Assembly: GCA_965240325.2 (NCBI GenBank)
Contig: OZ251235.1
Span: 2,046,001 to 2,110,000, forward strand
Length of the DNA stretch: 64,000 nucleotides
From: Rebecca billardiae RCC1528
Lineage: Eukaryota > Protista > Haptophyta
Reading direction: 5' to 3'
Shown piece after piece: positions 47,455 through 59,988 of this stretch. The notes below the pieces were generated by a model, which saw only the letters and a list, made by a program, of their open reading frames with translations, ran no database searches and was not told the DNA's origin. Positions within the stretch are counted from its first letter, which is position 1. Each line of letters begins with the position of its first letter. The position numbers were made by a program, and so were the translations under genes.

Positions 47455-49239
47455 CGGGGACGGCGGGCGGGTGAAAGCGCGATCGATGCAAGGCGTGGAA
47501 GCCGGTGAGCTCCAGCTCTCACGCCCGGCTTCAAACGCCGGCCGTTTCGGCGCCGGTCGGCACGTTTGACGTTTCGACCTTTTCCCGGGCTGTCCCGGGG
47601 GAGGAGGAGAAAATTCAGACGAGTCCGGCCAGCGACAACGCCGCCTTGCCAATACGGTAGGGCGCCGGACGCAATAGGGAAGTGACGTCTGTGGGGTCAC
47701 TTCCGCTGTGCGCACGAAAGTGAGGCCCCAGAGGTCACTTCCCTTCCCCCTCTTATTGGGGCATTTCTTCTAAGTAGCAAAGTCCGGACGCCCAGCTGGC
47801 GACCGGTGGGTGGCCACGATGGCGGCCACGCCCGCCACGTGGTGTGGGCGGGACCTTGCAAGATCAATCAAGGCGGATACAAGTGGCGGAGACTTTGATC
47901 ATCGGCTAGCCCCCGTGCAGTGTGCTCTTAGCTACACACTTATCAGAGCTGGCTCGTCTCCTCCCTCAAGACCCGCTGCTCTGTCTAGATTCTGGGTGAG
48001 CATTGCAGCATTCGCCTGATCCTCATGCGAGGGACGACGACAACTGGCGAGCCGCTAGGCTGCTCAACGGTGACGAAGGCAGCAGTCGAGCTGCCAAGCA
48101 AAGGTCGACGCAGTGTACCTGTGCATGCGATGCGCGGGGCAGCGCGCGCCATCGTATCGCCCGTCGCCGTCGGCCACGCAGCTGCTACCGGCCAGCTGAC
48201 ATGATGACGCAGGGCCAGCTGAGCAGCTGCTGTGCCGAGGATCACATGGGTGCCAAGGGCTGGCAGGTGGCGTCATCACGGCGTATGCTGCGTGTGCTGC
48301 TCTCACTTACCGTGGTTGACCGGCTGCTCTGCCAGCGCGTGCCCGTGGCTGTTGCTGGGCAGGCAACGGCGCTCCTCCAGCCCGAGACAGGCTGCGCGCG
48401 TGCTGGTGAGCAGCCAACCTGCAGCTGATGTACAGGCGGCCGCAAGCTGGCATGGCCGAGGGCACGCGGTGGCATGGTGTCTATATTAACCCACGAGCTG
48501 CCGGCCGCGCTCGCACACGCCGTGCAATCGCCTGCCGCTGCCGGGTTTGGGCACACTCGCGGGGGGGGGGCGCTCACCAGGCATTGGTCACACGCCCTCG
48601 GCGCCTCTGCCTAGCTAGCACTTGCAGACACACCGTGCGGCAGCCCAGCGGCCACCATCCGCAGCGGTGGCTGCGAACTGGCCGAAGCTACGGGCGCGCG
48701 GCTGCATACTCTCCTTATTGGAACGTGCGCTGTCAAGTGTGATCGAGCTGACGGCGGACACGCCGGTCGGTGCTGTGTTCTTGCGCTCTCGGGGCCGGTG
48801 GTCATCAGGCGGTGGATACGCAGCCCGCCGCCACGGTGCGCCAGCGCCGCAGCCGACGACTGCGGCTGCGACCAGTGTCGCGCAGCGGCGGCTGAGGGCT
48901 GTCGCGGCGGATGCGGCGACGGCGGCGGCGGCGGCGTGGTCTGGGCATGGGCTGCCGACGCCACGCGCGCACGCTGAGCGCGTGCAGCTCAGGCACAGCG
49001 ACTTCGCGCGCTTATGACCGGCTGTCACCAGGCGGTGGACACGCGGTGCGCCGCCACGGTGCGCCGGCGCGGCCGCAACCGACTGCGGCCGCCGACTGCG
49101 GCCGCGACCAGCGTCGCGCAGCGGCAGCTGAGGGCTGTCGGGGCGGAGCGCGCGTGGCTGCGCGGCGGCGTGGTCTGGGTATGGGCTGCCGACGCTGCGT
49201 GCGCACAGGCGTGCGCACCCAGACCGGCGACGCTGATCG

Positions 49240-50950
49240 ACGCGCCCATCGCGCTGGAGCCGCTGTCATCCGACGCTGCTGTGCCCGCGCCCAGCAGCGC
49301 TCGACTCCGCGCCCAGTGCGGCGGCAGCAGCAGGGATGGTGCCACGGCGGGCGGCGGGCGCTGATGCAGCTGACGGCTCGGCTGTGCGCGCCCGAGGGGC
49401 CTGGGCGACGGGCGCGCCGAGCGCGGTGACGCCTCTCGCCTCGCCCGTCGCGCTGGAGCCGCTGTCATCCGACGCTGCTGCGCCCGCGCCCAGCTTGGGC
49501 AGCAGCGGCTGCGCTCGACTCCGCGCCGCGTGCGGCGGCAGCAGCAGGGATGGTGCCACGGCGGGCGGCGGCGGTCGACGGAGCTGCCAGCTCGGCGGTG
49601 CGCGCCCGAGGGGCGTGGGCGCTGGACGCACCGAGCGCGGTGCCGCTGCTCGCCTCGCCCATCGCGCTGGAGCCGCTGCCATCCGACGCTGCTGCGCCCG
49701 CGCCCAGCTTGGGCAGCAGCGGCTGCGCTCGACTCCGCGCCGCGTGCGGCGGCAGCAGCAGGGATGGTGCCACGGCGGGCGGCGGCGGTCGACGGAGCTG
49801 CCAGCTCGGCGGCGCGCGCCCGAGGGGCGTGGGCGCTGGACGCACCGAGCGCGGTGCCGCTGCTCGCCTCGCCCATCGCGCTGGAGCCGCTGCCATCCGA
49901 CGCTGCTGCGCCCGCGCCCAGCTTGGGCAGCAGCGGCTGCGCTCGACTCCGCGCCGCGTGCGGCGGCAGCAGCAGGGATGGTGCCACGGCGGGCGGCGGC
50001 GGTCGACGGAGCTGTCAGCTCGGCGGTGTGCGCCCGAGGGGCCTGGGGGGTGGGCGCACCGAACGCGGTGCCGCTGCTCGCCTCGCCCATCGCGCTGGAG
50101 CCGCTGCCATCCGACGCTGCTGCGCCCGCGCCCAGCTTGGGCAGCAGCGGCTGCGCTCGACTCCGCGCCGCGTGCGGCGGCAGCAGCAGGGATGGTGCCA
50201 CGGCGGGCGGCGGCGGTCGACGGAGCTGTCAGCTCGGCGGTGCGCGCCCGAGGGGCGTGGGCGCTGGACGCACCGAGCGCGGTGCCGCTGCTCGCCTCGC
50301 CCATCGCGCTGGAGCCGCTGCCATCCGACGCTGCTGCGCCCGCGCCAAGCTTGGGCAGCAGCGGCTGCGCTCGACTCCGCGCCGCGTGCGGCGGCAGCAG
50401 CAGGGATGGTGCCACGGCGGGCGACGGGCGCTGATGCAGCTGGCGGCTCGGCGGTGCGCGCCCGAGGGACCTGGGCGACGGGCGCGCCGAGCGCGGTGAC
50501 GCCTCTCGCCTCGCCCATCGCGCTGGAGCCGCTGCCATCCGACGCTGCTGTGCCCGCGCCCAGCTTGGGCAGCAGCAGCAGCGCTCGACTCCGCGCCGCG
50601 TGCGGTGGCAGCAGCAGGGATGGTGCCACGGCGGGCGACGGGCGCTGATGCAGCTGGCGGCTCGGCGGTGCGCGCCCGAGGGGCCTGGGCGACGGGCGCG
50701 CCGAGCGCGGTGACGCCTCTCGCCTCGCCCATCGCGCTGGAGCCGCTGCCATCCGACGCTGCTGTGCCCGCGCCCAGCTTGGGCAGCAGCAGCAGCGCTC
50801 GACTCCGCGCCGCGTGCGGCGGCAGCAGCAGGGATGGTGCCACGGCGGGCGACGGGCGCTGATGCAGCTGGCGGCTCGGCGGTGCGCGCCCGAGGGGCCT
50901 GGGCGACGGACGCGCCGAGGGCGATGACGCCGCCTGCTTCGCCCAGCGCG
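49240..50950 (+). repeat. 214-bp satellite array 3 (~8 units), preceded by two ~223-bp degenerate repeats (48800-49250)
   Basis: Same unit as arrays 1 and 2; period 214 (49987 to 50201; 50538 to 50752). Confidence 0.95.
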
Positions 50951-51400
50951 CCGAGGAGCAGCTGCTGCCGTTACTCTGACGAGTCTACGTCTACTGAGAT
51001 GATGGCGTCTTGCAGTACGACAGCATCATATACATCTATATATATATGCTGATATATAGCTATGATGCGCGCAGAGTTCTGAGCAGCTCATGCCGCTGCA
51101 ATGACTCTCAGATCCGCGCTGCGGGCCTGACAAGGATGATGATGCGCGGCCTGCGGCCTGCTGATCGGAGGCGATGACGCCGATGCTGACGATGACGTGC
51201 GCCCGGCCTGTCGATACTCGATGGCGGATCGGACGTCCGAGTCATCATATCGATATCGATATCATCATAATATAATTAATGACGCGATGCTGACACGGCT
51301 GACTGCTATCATCAGCATATCGATCAGCATCGTCAGGATGACGAACATATCAGTCAGCGACAGCAAGTGGCCTGCGGTGCTCATATATATATATATAGCT

Positions 51401-51432
<32 letters not shown>

Positions 51433-51768
51433 CTCTCTAGTCTCTCTCTCTCTCTCTCTGGTAAGTAATATATAGTATGGACCAGTCGACGGACTGCTAG
51501 CTGCTGCTGCTGATGACGACGGTCGTCGTCCGCAGCAGATGTCATCAGCTGCAGCTATTAGTATATACGTACCAGTACGTACAGTATATACATTAGATTT
51601 CTAGTGCCGTCTCGGGGACGCACCGCTGTCCGCTCCGCCGTGTGATCCGATCCGCCGACCGTCAGTGGCGACGCGCGCGAGTATAAGCTGCGCGCGCGCG
51701 TGCGCTATACTAGCCGGCTGAGTCTCAGTGATGTCCGGTCAGTCAGCAGCATATATATACTGCTCGCC

Positions 51769-51887
<119 letters not shown>

Positions 51888-51942
51888 TGTCAGTGCGTGT
51901 CATTGATGCTCGCGCAGAGCTCATGGTCGTGGCTCGGTCACG

Positions 51943-52278
51943 CGATGCAGCACATTGCGCTGGTGCCAGGCCGCCACGCGCATGGCCGGACATGGTAACG
52001 CGTTGTACCATGAGTGCACTCGACTGCACAAAGGAGCAGCGGGCCCAGAATCCTACGCATAGCGAGCACGCACGCGCGCAGAGCTCAGGGTGGTGGCCCG
52101 GTCACTCGTCGGATGACGTGAGAGAGGGAGAAGCACACGATGCAGCACATTGTGCTGGTGCCAGGCCGCCGCGCGCATGGCCGGACATGGTAACGCGTTG
52201 TACCATGAGTGCACTCGACTGCACAAAGGAGCAGCGGGCCCAGAACCCTACGCATAGCGAGCATGCACGCGCGCGCAG
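51943..52278. repeat. Direct repeat, two ~138-bp copies 195 bp apart
   Basis: CGATGCAGCACATTG...CACGCGCGCAG at ~51943 and ~52138. Confidence 0.9.
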
Positions 52279-54269
52279 TGCTGAAGGTCGTAGCCGTCGG
52301 GTGATGACACGAGAGAGAGAGGGAAGCCGGCAAGCATGTGCGCATCTGTTGGTTGAGGCGTGGGCCATGGGCGCATCTTGCTTCAAACACGCACGTATAA
52401 GCACTCGTCGCCGCCTCCCCGGTCTCGTTCGAACCACAAATGAAGTGGAGACTGCAGGCAGCGAAGAGACGACTGACAACTTCACGCCGGGGATATGACG
52501 GGATGCTGATGGGTGCCATGGTAGCAACCAAGAGTTCAAGGTTGTCCTGCCATTGCAAACGCTTACAGTACGTGTGGTGTGCATGCCCAAGTGCCAGGCA
52601 CGATGGATCAGTGTCGCTGGCGCCATGCCGCTTGCTTGGTCAAGCTGCACGTCGATCCACACGCGCATGCGCACGCGTCGGGCGAGCGCGCGAGAGACCA
52701 TCTGGTTGACGCCAAGCTCAAACATGCACGCTGAGAGCTGCAGAGTTTCAGCTCATGAGGTCCGCAATCCGCATCCTCTTTGAGCACTTGCATCGCCATT
52801 GAGCTCGGGGGAGTCGCGTCCTGGCAACTCGACGCAGGCGATCGGCATCGCTCTCGACACGGGCCCAAAAGTCGGCGGCTTCGCGCCAGGATTCTCATTT
52901 CATCTCGTCATTCTCATCATTCTCATCATTCCCGGCCCGAATTTTGTTCTTCCCGTCTAGCTCTTTCATCGATTTTCGTCCGCGCCCCTGCCGGCGGGTG
53001 CAAAACACCCTCGCCATCACGCGCGCCGACGGCTCGCCGGCAGAGATCGCATGACGGTCACTCGATGATCAGGCGCGCCTGGTCGCTCACCGCTGAGGGC
53101 TCGCCGTGCAATCGTGCCTGAGAGTGACCTAGGGCTGCCTGAGAGACGGATGACATGGTCAGTAGAGGGATGCCCGAATATTGGATCGAGCAGAATAGTA
53201 GGACGCGAGTTACGACTTATGCTCGAGTAGATAAGATCACTGATCACCTGGGCAATCCAAGGGCGCCACCAATAGACTGCTCTCGATGCCCAGCTGCTCG
53301 ACACAGCAGCTGCCCGCATCCAGGTAGACTTTCGGTGTCTCCAGCATCAGAGCCTCAGATTCACACCAGCAATAGCTGTTCTGACCGCCGGCAAAGCAAG
53401 CAATGGCTGAATGGCACTCTCGGCTTGATCAGGATCACTCCGATCAGTCTTACTACTAGGCTGAGATTCCGACGACGATCCCACTAGCCGAAGACGACTG
53501 TGTGGACTACGCGTGAGGAATCAATCTGCGCCAATCAGCGCGTGCCAATGCCTGCTCCCCCAGAGCAAGCAGCCAAGAAGTCTCGCATGTCACGGCTGCA
53601 ATCACTAAGTGAGCGACTCCAAGAACTCACGTTGAGCCCGAAAGTCTCACTCTGGCAGCTGCCGGATCGATCTCCATGATGCTAGGCAGCCCTTTGAAAA
53701 CCATTCCTTTACGAGAAGCATTCCTGAACGAGGCGTTGAACGAAGGTCGTCTACTGCCATTCCATTGCATCCGCGCATTACAGCAGCAGTGAAGAAGTGG
53801 TCGCCACCGTCACGACGAGCAGCGCCTGTGTGTGACGAACCAGCTGCCCGCCAAGGCACACATGGCGATACTCGTCTCTCGGCAGGAGGAGAGATGCTGT
53901 AGGAGGGGACCACCGCTGTGCGGGAATCGGCACACTCCTCGGGCGTGTGGGATCATCCTGTTGTGGCCTGCCCAATCTCGCTGGGAAAGACATGATGGGC
54001 GATGGCGGCTCCGGCGACCATTTATTGCAGCAGAATCTTCCGTAAATACGGGCGAGGTACGCGAATCTTCAGAAGCCGCTAGCCGATAAACTACACTGGA
54101 ACAAGGGCGGTACTGGAAGCTCCCGCAAATACGATCAGAGTACGCAGAACTTCAGAAGCCCGCTGGCCAATAGTCGGTCGGAAGCCTTCGCAAATACAAT
54201 TCAGTGTACACATCCTGAACCAGAAGAGTATCAGAAGCCTTCACAACCGAGGGCGGGGCTTGACGAGAG

Positions 54270-56200
54270 CCTGCCGCCCTTGCCGCCACCTTCACAGTCG
54301 CAGTCGCTGACACCGAGTTCGCAGGTGCCCTCACCGACGCCCTCGCTGCAGCCCTGATCGCATCCGCCGCCCCGCTGCCACCGCAAACGTCGTCGCCACC
54401 GCCCGCGCAACCGCCCTCGCCCTGGCCGCCTACGCGGCCGCCTCCGAGCCCGTCGCCCGTGAGCCCGATTCAGGCCGCGCCGCCCTCGCCACTGCCGCCA
54501 CCACCGCTGCCCGTGGCGTCGCCAACCTCGTCGCAATCTCTGCTACTGCCACCCTCGTCGTTCTTGCCACCACCTCCGTCGCTCTCGCCCTCGTCAGGCC
54601 GCACTTTTGCTATGCTACCACCGAGCCCGCCGCAGCAGCTGCCGCGCCGCCGCACCAACACCGCCGCCCAGGCTGCCGCCCTTCCCGCCGCCTCGGCGAC
54701 CGCTGGCCGCGGCGACGCTCTCGCCACAACCTCAATGACTGCCACCCCCGTCGCTGCCACCCTCGCCACCTCGCCAGCGCCAGCGCCCCCGCCCTCGTCC
54801 TCGCAAGCGTTGCCGGGCCTGCCACCGCAGCTGCCGGGCCACAACCACCGTCGCCCAGGCCGCTGCCCTCACCGCCGCTGCCGCATCCGCTGACTGCACC
54901 GCTGCCGCCCTCGCCGCCAATTCAGTCGCCACCCCCATCACCGCCCTAACCACCGCCAGCCTCGCCGCGCTCGCCCTCGCCAGCGCCGCCTACGACGCTG
55001 CCGCCGAGCCCGGCACCCGAGCTGCCGCCGCCGCCGCCGCTGCCGCCGCCGCAGCCTAGGCCGCCGCCCTCGCCGCCGCCGCCGCGTCCGCGGGCCGTGC
55101 CGCCCCCGCCCTCGCCACTGCCTTGGGTGCCACCGCCCTCGCCGCCCTCACTGCCGCCAGCGTTGCCGCGCTCCCCAGCGCCGCCTATGCAGGCCGGGCC
55201 CGCCACCCCAGCTGCCGCCGGAGCAGCAGCTGGCGTCGCCCAGGCCGCCGCCCTCGCCGCCGCCGCCGCGCCCGCTTGCCGCGCCGCCGACGCCACCGCC
55301 ACCGCCTCCGTTGCCGCCGCCCTCGCCGCCCTCACCGCCGCCAGCGTTGCCGCGCTCCCCCTCGTCAGCGCCGCCTACGCCGCCGCCGCCGAGCCCGCCA
55401 CCCCAGCTGCAGCCGCCGCCGCCGCCGCTGCCGCAGCCACAACCCAGGCCGCCGCCCTTGCCGCCGCCGCCGCGTCTGCGGGCCGTGCCGCCGCAGCCCT
55501 CGCCACTGCCTCGGGTGCCACCGCCCTCGCCCTCACTGCCGCCCTCACTGCCGCCAGCGTTGCCGCGCTCCCCAGCGCCGCCTATGCAGGCCGGGCCCGC
55601 CACCCCAGCTGCCGCCGGAGCAGCAGCTGGCGTCGCCCAGGCCGCCGCCCTCGCCGCCGCCGCCGCGCCCGCTTGCCGCGCCGCCGACGCCACCGCCACC
55701 GCCTCCGTTGCCGCCGCCCTCGCCGCCCTCACCGCCGCCAGCGTTGCCGCGCTCGCCCTCGCCCGCGCCGCCTACGCCGCCGCCGCCGAGCCCGCCACCC
55801 CAGCTGCAGCCGCCGGCGCCATCGCCGCCCAGGCCGCTGCCCTCGTCACCGTCGCCGCCCCCGCCTCCACTGCCCTTGGGTGGCGCCGCCGCCCTCGTCG
55901 CAGTCTCAGTTGGTGCCGCCCTCACCGCACTCGCTACCGCCTCCTTCGCTCTCGCCCTTGTCAGCGCCACCCTCTCGCTGCCGCCGAGCCTGCCGCCGCA
56001 GCTGCCGCCACCGCCGCCACCGCCGCCCGGGCCGCCACCCTCGCAGCCGCCGCCGCGTCCTCTGGCCGCGTTGCCGCCGCCCTCGCCGCCGCATCCGTCA
56101 CCGTCACTCTCGCTGCCATCACCGCCGCCAGCACTGCCGCCCTCGCCGCTGCCCTAGCTGCCGCCCTCGCCGCGTACACCGCTGCCTCCGTCACCTCCGC
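54270..56200 (+). repeat. C-rich degenerate minisatellite (184/213-bp units, 397-bp higher-order duplication); Pro/Ser-rich in one frame but frameshifted
   Basis: CGTTGCCGCGCTC at 55161, 55345, 55558 and 55742. Confidence 0.75.
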
Positions 56201-56755
56201 CCTCTTTGTCGTCGCTGCCGGTCCCGGCTTCCTGTCTGCCACAGCCTGGTGTGGTGTGCACGCCGCGTGCTTCCAGCTCTCGCAGATGTGGATGGCAGTC
56301 ACAATTGGGCCTACCGTACGATGCCTGCAAACGCACCCCTGAGCCAGGTGCCGCGTCGAGAAGGGCGTGGCAGCCATGCCACCCCACAGGCGGGCCGCCA
56401 TCGTGGCCGCCATCGTGGCCACCGGTCGCCAGCTGGGCGTCCGGACTTGCTACTTAGAAGATATGGCCCAATAAGGGAAGTGACCTCTGGGGCCTCACTT
56501 TCGTGCGCACAGTGGAAGTGACCCCACAGCGGTCACTTCCCTATTGCGTCCTGCGCCCAACTGGGCTGGCCTTGCGCCCTTGCTGCCTTTGCAGAGCTAC
56601 CGGACTCTCCAAACTCACGCCCGGCCGCCGAGCGACCGGCCCGGGCGGCGCTTGCAGGCTGGCGCTAAGTCGATGACAGAGTCAGAGAGAGTGTGATTGG
56701 GCGCCCGAAGACGCCAACCTCGGACGGGCGCAGACTCGCAGCGGCTGGCGAGCGC

Positions 56756-57673
56756 TCAGAACTCGATGCGCTCGCCGTCCCACGCGAAGAGCGAGCCCGA
56801 GTGCACGGGCTCGATGCACTCGAGCACGTCGAGCAGCCGCTCGACCGAGAACGCCGTCGTGAAGAGCTTGTCCGGCCGGACATTCTTCTGGAAGGGCTTC
56901 GAGAGTCCGGTGTCCACGGTGCCCGGGTGGAGCGCGACGGCGAGCACCTTGCGCCGGCCGAGCTCGAGCGCCATGTTCCGCGTCGCCATGTTCAGCGCCG
57001 CCTTCGCCATGCGGTAGCTCCACCACCCGCCCAGCCGGTTGTCGCTCACACTCGACACGCGCGCGCTTAGGTTGGCGATGATGCGCTCGCGCGGCGTCGC
57101 GCCCTGCGCGGTGAGCAGCGGCATCAGCTCCCGCGTGAGGAGGACCGGCCCGATGGCGTTCACCGCGTACACCTGCTGCATCCACTCGGGGCTGCACGTC
57201 GTCAGGCTGCGCTCGGGCATGCGATCGGCCGAGCCCTCGTGCAGCAGCCCTGCGCAGTTGATGAGCATGTCGACCTGGGAGACCATGGCCGACACCTCAG
57301 CCGCCGCGCGCGTGACGGAGGCCTCGTCGGTGATGTCGACGGCGACGCTCCGCACTCGCGACGCGCCGTATGTTTCCCTCATCCGAGCCAGCGCCTCCGA
57401 GCGCTCGGGGTCGCGCGAGAGGGCCACGACCGTTCCGCGCGAGCGTGCGAGCAGCGCGTCGCAGAAGCCGGCGCCAATCCCGCGGCTCGCGCCCGAGATG
57501 ACGAAGACAGCGTCCGCGTCCGCGTTGCGCGCGCGGCTAACGTCGTTGGCCTTCAGCGAGAGGGGCGGCGGTGGCCCAGCCGCCGCGCCGAATGCGCGCC
57601 CCTGCACCGCAGGCCTTGCGCGGACGACAGCGCGCGAGAACATGCACGACAGGACGAGCAGCGCGAAGCGCAT
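56756..57673 (-). CDS. Short-chain dehydrogenase/reductase (C-factor/CsgA-like)
   Basis: ISGASRGIG, LINCAG, NLSARVSS, YRMAKAALN and LHPGTVDT motifs; targeting-peptide-like N-terminus. Confidence 0.93.
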   Translation of the reverse strand: MRFALLVLSCMFSRAVVRARPAVQGRAFGAAAGPPPPLSLKANDVSRARNADADAVFVISGASRGIGAGFCDALLARSRGTVVALSRDPERSEALARMRETYGASRVRSVAVDITDEASVTRAAAEVSAMVSQVDMLINCAGLLHEGSADRMPERSLTTCSPEWMQQVYAVNAIGPVLLTRELMPLLTAQGATPRERIIANLSARVSSVSDNRLGGWWSYRMAKAALNMATRNMALELGRRKVLAVALHPGTVDTGLSKPFQKNVRPDKLFTTAFSVERLLDVLECIEPVHSGSLFAWDGERIEF

Positions 57674-59159
57674 CGAAGGCTGTCGAGAGGCGAGGGAGCT
57701 CAGACACCAGTCCGGCACTCCGGTGCCGCCGCGCACTCGCGCGTCCGGCCGCGGGAAAATGGCGGGCCCCGCGTGCCTCACGTCCACGGCAACTCAGACC
57801 AGCCGCCGTCGCATGCCCGCAAAGCCGCCTCATGCGCGCATACGAACTCTCTCGTTGAGGGCCCCAAGGCGCATGCGTAATTGCGTGCTGATTAGATGAG
57901 CAGCGGTGCCGCACTGCCGACGCCTGCGCCTTCGCTGCGGCGGCCTCGGTGCTGGCGCTTACACGTTGCCAATGCCGCGAGCAGCATCCTCGAGCGAGTC
58001 AATGCGTGGGCCGTGATGTTGACGAATTTACAAGGGGTTGCATACACGAGCCTGGTGGTCCTCTCCGCCACGCATCTTGTATCAGCGTGTGTACCGCGGC
58101 CCGACAAACCACTACAGGAAGCCTACGTATTCAAGACCAACTGCTCTGTATAGATGTGAGCAGACGCGGTCCTTCGCGCCGCGGCGGAATGGTGTCCGGT
58201 CGCGAGTACAAGGCATCGCGAATGCAGTGGCAGCTGCTTCCTTGGATATTCCTGAGCTCAGAGCGCTTGAACTTTGAAGGGTATGGATACTGAGCTGTCG
58301 GTGCGTCTTGTCGAAGGGAATTCGCGGAGGGGCAGTAGTGCAGTCACTGCCAGATGACGCGTCACGCGTCGTACGGCGTAACCGCCGTCGTCAGAAACGA
58401 CTGCTGAGGATCGGGGCTCACGGCTATATCAGACAATTCAGTAGTCACAAGCTCCGAAGGCAGTTCAACTATACAACGCGCGGCGGCAGTACCGTGTCAG
58501 AGTCACTGATTAATCAGTCGTGATATGATGGTATCCATGCACAATATAACGCCTAGAACTCGCCGTCTGACACGGGCGCGTCCAGCGGGTGACCAGGGAA
58601 GATGATCCGGTTCATCAGAAAGCTGAACCGCTGGGCCGAGGCGAGGGCGACGAGACGCGTCAATGGCGTCATTGGTGTCGTCGTCGGCGCGGCGGCACTA
58701 CGGCCAGCAGTATGTACGCCCGGCTGCGGCCGTGGCCTGGCCGCGCAGCATAATTATATTCATGCTGCATGATGATGATGAGATGATGAGTCAGGATGGC
58801 GGAAGTCTCATCAGAGTCAGACGATTCGAATATTGGATGGAATTTGGCAAATATATATTCTGATGGCAGTCGTAGCAACGGTAAACTATGGAAAATTATT
58901 TGAGGCCCTATGATGCCAGACTGATGGCGTCAATAATTACAAATATACGCGGCGGATATTTCGACCGCGGCATGCCGGCAGGCCGCGGCACCGAGCCCGG
59001 AATACTAGAGTGCGACTCACTATTGCTGAGTACTGCGCGACGGCCGTGGCATTGGCAAGCTGCTGGTCGTATCAGCCCTGGTCAGGCCTCGCCTCCTAAG
59101 TTTTGGCGGTTCGTGCTTACTATGACGACGATGTACTACTAGCATACTGCTGCTACTAT

Positions 59160-59164
<5 letters not shown>

Positions 59165-59247
<83 letters not shown>
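59165..59247. repeat. (AT)n microsatellite
   Basis: Direct reading. Confidence 0.95.
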
Positions 59248-59248
<1 letters not shown>

Positions 59249-59946
59249 TGCATGACGCGGCGCCGGCTCGTCGCCCTCATCAAACGTGATACAGCCACGT
59301 ACTGACAGTAGTTCCGCGCGAGAGACTGAGATATTGTCGGTCATCGGCGCACAGCAGTCGCCCAGCGGCGCTCGCCCGCTCGCCCTCGCGGCACGCTGCG
59401 GGACCCCTCGTCCCCTGCGCAGATCGGAAGTCCGTCGTAGCAACACGTACTGTATCATATTATGCAGTCGAAGTGAGTAGTGACCGTTATCATCGTCCGT
59501 TATGGCGTAACTACGAATTCGTTATTTACGTTACTAGGCTGCGGGCTCCGGCTTCGGTCCACCCCCCTCAGTAGTCAGTCCGGTCACTGGAGCGTTATAC
59601 ATCTTAATTGACACTGCAATGCCAATCGGCGGGATCGCCGCCTCTGATTATGATCTGCTACAATAGCTCATAGACCACCCCAGGCGGTCCCTTGGTCTCA
59701 GAGTTCAAGCCTTGGATCGACGATATTACGGCCAGATGGATTGCCAATGCCATCAGCCCGGCATCACCTCCAATATAGGTTTAGACTCTAGCATGATACC
59801 CAGTCTATAATTACATATTTCCAAGACCGGGTATCATTATTTTCGCATATGTATGCAGGTCGGTCCCGGAACGCTCCCTGACTGTGCAGTGTGCTGAAAT
59901 CGATCGGACGAGTAAGGGGTCGCTGGTAATTTTACATAGCTATTTT

Positions 59947-59947
<1 letters not shown>

Positions 59948-59988
<41 letters not shown>
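59948..59988. repeat. (AAT)n microsatellite
   Basis: Direct reading. Confidence 0.95.

Noticed and set aside
43803-47508. Long plus-strand ORFs (773 aa, 758 aa) and similar antisense ORFs over QSOX, kelch-BTB and eIF2B
   Set aside because: Antisense shadows expected from very high GC3 coding sequence.
55097-56521. Intact extensin/pherophorin-like gene
   Set aside because: The Pro-rich frame shifts between repeat units, no ATG or signal peptide is evident, and it lies inside element E2.
57896-58293. Short overlapping ORFs divergent from the SDR
   Set aside because: No motif and no consistent splice model.
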